A stretch of DNA of 64,000 nucleotides from Bolinopsis microptera (lineage: Eukaryota): positions 16,517,142 through 16,581,141 of the forward strand of contig NC_087076.1 in the NCBI RefSeq assembly GCF_026151205.1. The letters are read 5' to 3'. This document shows positions 58,448 to 64,000 of this stretch, in pieces. Under the pieces are notes generated by a model. It worked only from the letters and a program-made list of their open reading frames with translations. It was not told the origin of the DNA and did no database searches. Positions within the stretch are counted from its first letter, which is position 1. The number at the start of each line of letters is the position of its first letter. Position numbers and translations under genes: made by a program.

Positions 58448-58578
58448 GAACAACAAGTTAACCTGTCTCACATGCTTACTCCTAACGGTAAAGTTTACGC
58501 TGAACTAACAATATCTAGACTTGGAAAAGAGCGGTATTATCTAGTGACAAGTGCTGGCAGTGAATTACATGATCTCAG
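58448..58578 (+). CDS. DMGDH: DMGDH-like exon 12
   Basis: Encodes [43 protein letters not shown]. It has donor gtagtt. Confidence 0.8.
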
Positions 58579-58807
58579 GTAGTTATACTACTAAAAACAA
58601 TATCACCCCAATAACTTATAGGGGTGATATTGTTTTTGGGCAATCTGGTTTAGCCGTATTTTCAAGACCAATTTAGGAAGTGCGCTAAATTCGTTTTTTT
58701 CACTCACTATTATGTCTACTTTCACACGCGTCTAATACTTCAATCAATGAGTGTTGATCCAAATGACCAGTCTAAACAGAATAAGTAAACAAAAATTCAT
58801 GTGACAG

Positions 58808-59022
58808 GTGGCTGAAGCATCATATGCCTGAGAATGCAGAGTTTACACTGCAGAACGTGACCGATCAAATGGGAGTTCTAGCAGTAACTGGGAAATATTC
58901 CCGTGACGTCATGACCAAGCTTACTGACAGTGCTATGTCTCATGAAGATTTCCCGTTTTTGGAATGTCGTGAAATGAGTTTGGCCGGATATGATGTTCAG
59001 GCAACAAGGATTTCGTACACTG
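58808..59022 (+). CDS. DMGDH: DMGDH-like exon 13
   Basis: Encodes WLKHHMPENAEFTLQNVTDQMGVLAVTGKYSRDVMTKLTDSAMSHEDFPFLECREMSLAGYDVQATRISYT. It has donor gtaaat. Confidence 0.8.
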
Positions 59023-59179
59023 GTAAATTATAATGACTAGCAGGAACCCCGTCTAACCCTAAACAAAGTGACCCAACAATATTTAGTTCAGGATAAGTTA
59101 GAACTCAAGGAATGATTCCTCGTAAAATGTACATTTAATTAATGCATACTTTAGATTCTAATATTTTTGTAAACTCCAG

Positions 59180-59337
59180 GTGAGTTAGGATGGGAAATTC
59201 ATCATGATCGAAACGACACAGGCGCCCTTTACAAGAGAATTCTAGAAGCAGGAGCTGAATTTGAGATCGGAGATTATGGTTGGTTTGCAACAAACTCCTT
59301 AAGACTTGAAAAAGGATTGAGGCACTGGGGAGACGAG
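59180..59337 (+). CDS. DMGDH: DMGDH-like exon 14
   Basis: Encodes (G)ELGWEIHHDRNDTGALYKRILEAGAEFEIGDYGWFATNSLRLEKGLRHWGDE. It has donor gtgact. Confidence 0.8.
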
Positions 59338-59478
59338 GTGACTTTTGCAAATTAAATCTTTCTCGGTTTTAATGGTCACATACACATCGGATTAAATCGG
59401 AATAAGGACAATAAGATTGTTCAATTTCAGGAACATTTGAAAAACTGCCAACATTTAAAATGTATTCTTCAATTTCAG

Positions 59479-59676
59479 ATGAATCTGGATAAGAACCCCT
59501 TCGAAGCCGGTTTAGGGTCCTTCATAAAAACAAACAAAAAAACACCTTTCATCGGTCAAGAGGCTTGTAAGGAAATGCTAGGTAACGAGTTGAAGAGCAA
59601 ATTAGTGATGTTGACTGTTGATACTCATGGTTATTTGGATCCGGAGGGTAACGAGACTATTTGGTTTGACAACCAG
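59479..59676 (+). CDS. DMGDH: DMGDH-like exon 15
   Basis: Encodes MNLDKNPFEAGLGSFIKTNKKTPFIGQEACKEMLGNELKSKLVMLTVDTHGYLDPEGNETIWFDNQ. It has donor gtatgc. Confidence 0.8.
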
Positions 59677-59878
59677 GTATGCAAGAATTTAAACCTGTTG
59701 CATAGTTGCTTAACATATTGCATCATAATTGATGAACAAATATTTTTCCCAGTTTTCTTCTCAGGGTCAATTTGTTAATAAAATGAAATAGTAGTCGACC
59801 CTGTTATTTAGTTAACTAATTAGTTAACTAATTAGTTAACTAATTGCCAATTGGTCAACTAATAGTGAAATAATACAG

Positions 59879-60003
59879 GTGGTTGGTAACACTACATCTG
59901 GAGCCTGGAGTTACAGCGCCAATACAAGTATTTGCATGGCATACCTCCCAACCAGTCTTACTGAACTAGGTTCCAATGTGTACGTTGAACTCCTAGGCAA
60001 GAG
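59879..60003 (+). CDS. DMGDH: DMGDH-like exon 16
   Basis: Encodes VVGNTTSGAWSYSANTSICMAYLPTSLTELGSNVYVELLGK. It has donor gtaaga. Confidence 0.8.
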
Positions 60004-60205
60004 GTAAGACTTAGGTAAACGGGTTAGATAGATCTCAGTGTATTGTGAAATGTTCATGATGAGGAGCAACCTGTAAGGAAATGACCGGTTTGGTTCTACA
60101 CTCTGTGATACGTTGTCATGGAAAATCTGCACCTGTATATCCAGTATTTTAACTTAACAACTCATCCAACCAGTACAGGCTAGTTACTATTAAGTATTAT
60201 TTCAG

Positions 60206-60299
60206 ATACAAAGCCACTGTAGTCAACGACCCGATGTACGAGACAGAGGCAGTTAGATCAAGAAATGATCTCAAAGAAGACCGAGCTGATTTCAGTTAG
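60206..60299 (+). CDS. DMGDH: DMGDH-like exon 17, terminal
   Basis: Encodes (R)YKATVVNDPMYETEAVRSRNDLKEDRADFS then TAG at 60297-60299. Confidence 0.75.
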
Positions 60300-61630
60300 T
60301 GACTCAGAGATATACACAGAAAACTTGTGTCAGGATCTGCAGATGCATATCCTAAATCTAAGTTTTAAATATTTTGACCATCGCCATTAAAGAACGAAAT
60401 CTGGACCCAAATCATTTTAATTATTGACAGGGAGTTTATACATTTTTAAGGTTGTTGAACAATACATATTATTAAAATTATACTGTTTTTTAACGATTCG
60501 AAAAAGAAATCGCACCGTATTTAACATTTAAACAATTAACCAAAATTCTCGTAACCATTTATCAGTGTCTAATTTCTCCGACAGTATATCGTCCATATCA
60601 AATCTCTGAACGTGTACGTGTATCTAAAAAGATAAAAGCGTGAAGCGTAAGCTAGTGAACTTATTTTTTCTCTTGTATCTATATTATAAACTTGACGAAA
60701 TCTCCCTGGAAACGGTGACCATAAAAATGACCCTCTGGCATGACCAATTTCAGCTTGCAAATAGAGTTGAAAACTGGTGATTTTTAGCGAGGTTGCAGAA
60801 AAAAGAAAAGGAATAGAACACAGCATTTTTAGAATTTTGATTTAGGCTTTAGATTTTTATAATTAGCGTCGAAAGAGAGGAATAATTAGCGACAGAATAA
60901 TGGCGTTATTTTAGCAAAAGTTAAGTGCGTCGTTGCGTAGCAACAGCAAGAGATTTTACGGGGACCTCAGGCTATTATGTTCATAAATAGAGATTCGGCG
61001 GAATGACAGGCTGAGCGCGGCCCAGTAACAAGAGATTGTACGTACATGAGCTTTGAGCAAGCATAGATTAACAACTCGCGTTTACGTCATAATAATATCG
61101 GCATTTGTTCACATACAACCGCACTCCTGGTAGTATTCAAACGACAGGGAGGATCTCAACAGCTGGTGGACGTGACACGGATGGGTACATCTACTCCAGA
61201 AAGAAGCCTGAAGATACAGCAATCTACTCAGACTCTGCTTGGCGATGCCGGAAGAACAACCCTCCTACCAAGTGTTCCTGTCATGCCTACCTCATCCTGT
61301 CAAATAACTCCGTATCCCTTGGCTCCAGACCTCACAACTTATTGGTGCCCTGCGCCCATTATTGATTATGGAATCCGTCTAATAAGTTAAGTATTAAATA
61401 TACAAGAACTGGAAGGAGTTTAACGGACATTCACATCTCGAATAGTAGAAACTCAACACCTTGTTTACTGGGGGAGATTGGAAAAACTTTCGCACTCATG
61501 TTCATGATTTTAATTCTACAGTTAAATTTGCCGTTAAACTATACAGCTTATACTGTTTACTTCATGATTGGGTCGTAATTCAAAATTAAAAGCTAATTTG
61601 ACAAGAAGTGGGGCCATCGGTGAGGCTCAT

Positions 61631-61671
61631 CTTTTGCCATGCTGTCTTGCGACTGAACAGCATGGCAAAAG
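61631..61671. repeat. Hairpin with 15-bp arms
   Basis: cttttgccatgctgt ... acagcatggcaaaag. Confidence 0.7.
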
Positions 61672-62883
61672 GCATATGATCTTTATATGAAAGATTCTTG
61701 TGTTTAGCTTGTACTAGTAGCCCTAATTTGTAATTGGGTACTTCTTCATCATTCATGCGTTATGATCCCAGCAAACCTTATAACTTGTTGGCCTTGTTAC
61801 TAGATCATAGGAGGTATAATTTAAACAGACGGTTGAGCTTGCGCGCGACATTAAGTGATTTGCACGCGTGGCACATTCCAATTTTCAAGCAGCCAGGCAC
61901 GTGACAGTGACACAATTAGGCAATTAGACGACAAAAATCTGCACAGTTAAAGTTGTAAACTTTTGATCGCCCCAAAATAAGACTTTTCTGGAGATTTTGA
62001 AATAACTCAAACATAAAAATTTACAATGTCTCAATAGTAGAGGCTCTTACGGGCAAAAAGACGTGTTTTCTGCTACGAGTTTAGAGACCTAACCGCTAAT
62101 TGGACACAATAGTATGATGTCTAAGGATCGATAATATGTTAAGAAGTATAAATTTGGCCTTATTAGTCACGTGCTATACCAATGCGCGTTTTAAACTTTG
62201 ACAGTCTATTACTCTAAGGCAAATAGAGTAATTATATTCATATTTTGTCAGCAATAAGATCACATTATTTTCTATTTAGTGTGAAAATATGAGCTAGAAC
62301 GGACATAATCTCGCTGAGTTATAGCTGTTTGAAATTTATGATGAACGCGCGGGTGCCAATTGATAACAACTAAATGCTTTTGCGCGTAGTGCGCGTCGAA
62401 AATTTGGCAAAAACGCTTGCGGAGTGAAAATATTCAAACTTCGATAAAGTATATGATGTGGGTACTTCTCGGAAAGGAAAAATTTAGGCAAACACGATGT
62501 GACTATTTTTGGGTTGATTTAATACAACTGCAAAAAATTATTCAAACTTAAAGCAAAAAAGTCAAAATTTTTACCACTTTTTTGGATTTTTACCTCAGAA
62601 CAAATAGAGGGATTTGTTTTATTTTTATACAATCTTGTGCGGCTGTCTTTTAGCTATCTTTATGCAAGTTTTGCCGACATGCCAACAAAATTAACTTGCT
62701 CAAAATATCAAAAAACATGGTTTTTTGGCCCAAAAATCGGTTTTTTTGCGATTTTACCCCAGAACAATCAGTCCAATCATCTTGAAACCACTTTCAATCG
62801 ATTCTACGGTCAAAAATACGTGTAGTAAGGTGTATCTGGGGTCCCTAACGTATCGAGCAGACAATGCCCGTAAGAGCCTCTAC

Positions 62884-63140
62884 TACAAATTTCCTTGACG
62901 GATGTTACTCGTCTAAATTTCTTCGAAGTAGCGCGCGCCGCTTTCTTCTCGAAATGTTGGCCCGATGGCAAATGCTACGAAGTAGCGCGCGCTTGTATCA
63001 CGTTGCGACCCCCACGGTCGTTTCACTATGGTGGGGTTTATCGTCCTGACGATACAGGGGGAGCCGCGCACTTCGTGCGCGGCGGGTCATACAACGTATG
63101 ACAAGCGCGCGCCGCGGGCCAAATCATTAACAATGGTCAA
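62884..63140. mobile_element. Copy of the composite MITE-like family, ending in ...CATTAACAATGGTCAA
   Basis: Shares cttgacggatgttactcgtctaaatttcttcgaagtagcgcgcgccgctttcttctcgaaatg and gagccgcgcacttcgtgcgcggcgggtcatacaacgtatgacaag with 34563-35036 and 35382-35512. Confidence 0.65.
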
Positions 63141-63240
63141 AAATTCCCCCCTGGGGCCGGGGGAAATGTTACAAACAACAAATCGACCATTTTGCAAATA
63201 ACCGGAAGTCTCTAGCTCTTTTACTTTCGAAGTTGGCCCC

Positions 63241-63262
63241 TGCCAGTATATATATATATATA
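63241..63262. repeat. (TA)11 microsatellite
   Basis: Seen directly. Confidence 0.9.
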
Positions 63263-64000
63263 TATATAGTAAGGTTTCTTGGGTAGGTGAAGTATTTTGG
63301 CTATATTAATTGTTAGTATAATTTGGGGGACGTCGCCGCTTTGACGCGCAGCGCAAACTTTCATTCTTACTTCGCATCGACTATCATTCTGACTAGATCA
63401 TTGCTTTGTTAATTTGCAAAGCAACGATCTGGAAGGGTTGACGTTATCAATCAACTATGTAATATAAATACAATTGTGAAGAGACAACTTTTATTAATCA
63501 TCATGTATTGTGTAAATTGTAAATATTACTTAAATATTACTATTGAGATGCATGAATTTGACAATATTGATGTACGAATTTAGAGTTGTTCAAATTTACA
63601 TCATACATGAACATCATGATCAAACATTGTTTACCTAAATGGACGATGTTTACTGTACTTTGTATAAAAGCATTTTTACCTGGTACGCCAATCTCTGTGC
63701 CATGTACGCGCGGCGCTCTTTTCAACCTTCATTGTTCATGCGTATTAAAAAAGCGAGCAATAAACTAAAAAGCTAGGTAAAAAGCATTAATTTGGGGAGG
63801 TCGCCACTTCGACGCGCCCGTGAACAGTTGACAGTGAATTATCATTGCATCAATGAAACAAGACACATGTTTGGATGATGATTAATAACTCTACATGATA
63901 CACATCCCTAACAAAAGTATGTAGTGAAACCTTATTAACCCTAACGAGAGATTAGATAAACTGCCTTATACGGTCATATCACGTGATCGAGACAGTTTTT

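Larger units (their letters stand above)
51093..60299 (+). other. DMGDH: Gene span of a dimethylglycine dehydrogenase-like gene (N-terminal FAD-dependent oxidoreductase domain plus a C-terminal glycine-cleavage T-protein-like aminomethyltransferase domain). 17 coding exons, a 2550-nt CDS, 849 aa.
   Basis: All junctions are phase-consistent GT-AG, except a GTTGCT donor at exon 7. Peptides: [19 protein letters not shown] (FAD-binding fold), [116 protein letters not shown], and the C-terminus ...ADFS. The gene is closest to DMGDH among the DMGDH, SARDH and PDPR family as I recall their sequences, which I could not check against a database. Confidence 0.8.

Overview
This window reads as metazoan nuclear DNA, probably from an invertebrate. 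It has spliced genes with GT-AG introns, non-LTR retrotransposons (LINEs), MITEs, and many G/C homopolymer runs.

Genes I could reconstruct by hand-translation:
- A complete ABCC/MRP-family ABC transporter on the minus strand, 233..15618, 28 phase-consistent coding exons, about 1456 aa.
- A small secreted lectin-like gene on the plus strand (7278..8656), nested inside ABCC intron 15 (4649..9609), which also carries a Tc1/mariner-type MITE.
- An intronless, full-length CSTF1 (431 aa) on the minus strand, 23252..24547.
- An intronless histamine N-methyltransferase-like gene (44901..45758) that is one continuous reading frame interrupted by a single in-frame TGA.
- A 17-exon dimethylglycine/sarcosine dehydrogenase-family gene (DMGDH-like), 51093..60299, with a LINE inserted in intron 9.
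- The 3' two exons of an SVOP/SLC22-like MFS transporter (36486..38070) with a frameshift.

Mobile DNA:
- A full-length L2-like LINE with intact ORF1 (three CCHC knuckles) and ORF2 (apurinic endonuclease + reverse transcriptase), 26760..31180.
- Several 5'-truncated LINE copies. One has a 15-bp target-site duplication and poly(A) tail and splits a THAP-domain ORF.
- A tRNA-derived SINE.
- Several MITE and foldback families, many capped by long G or C runs.
- A nested segmental tandem-duplication array at 46.3-50.6 kb.
- A perfect (TACTGAA)46 microsatellite.

I found no prokaryotic-type system such as CRISPR or operons. The items most worth a second look are the nested secreted gene, the intronless HNMT-like and CSTF1 genes, and the DMGDH-like protein that appears to lack the flavinylated histidine.
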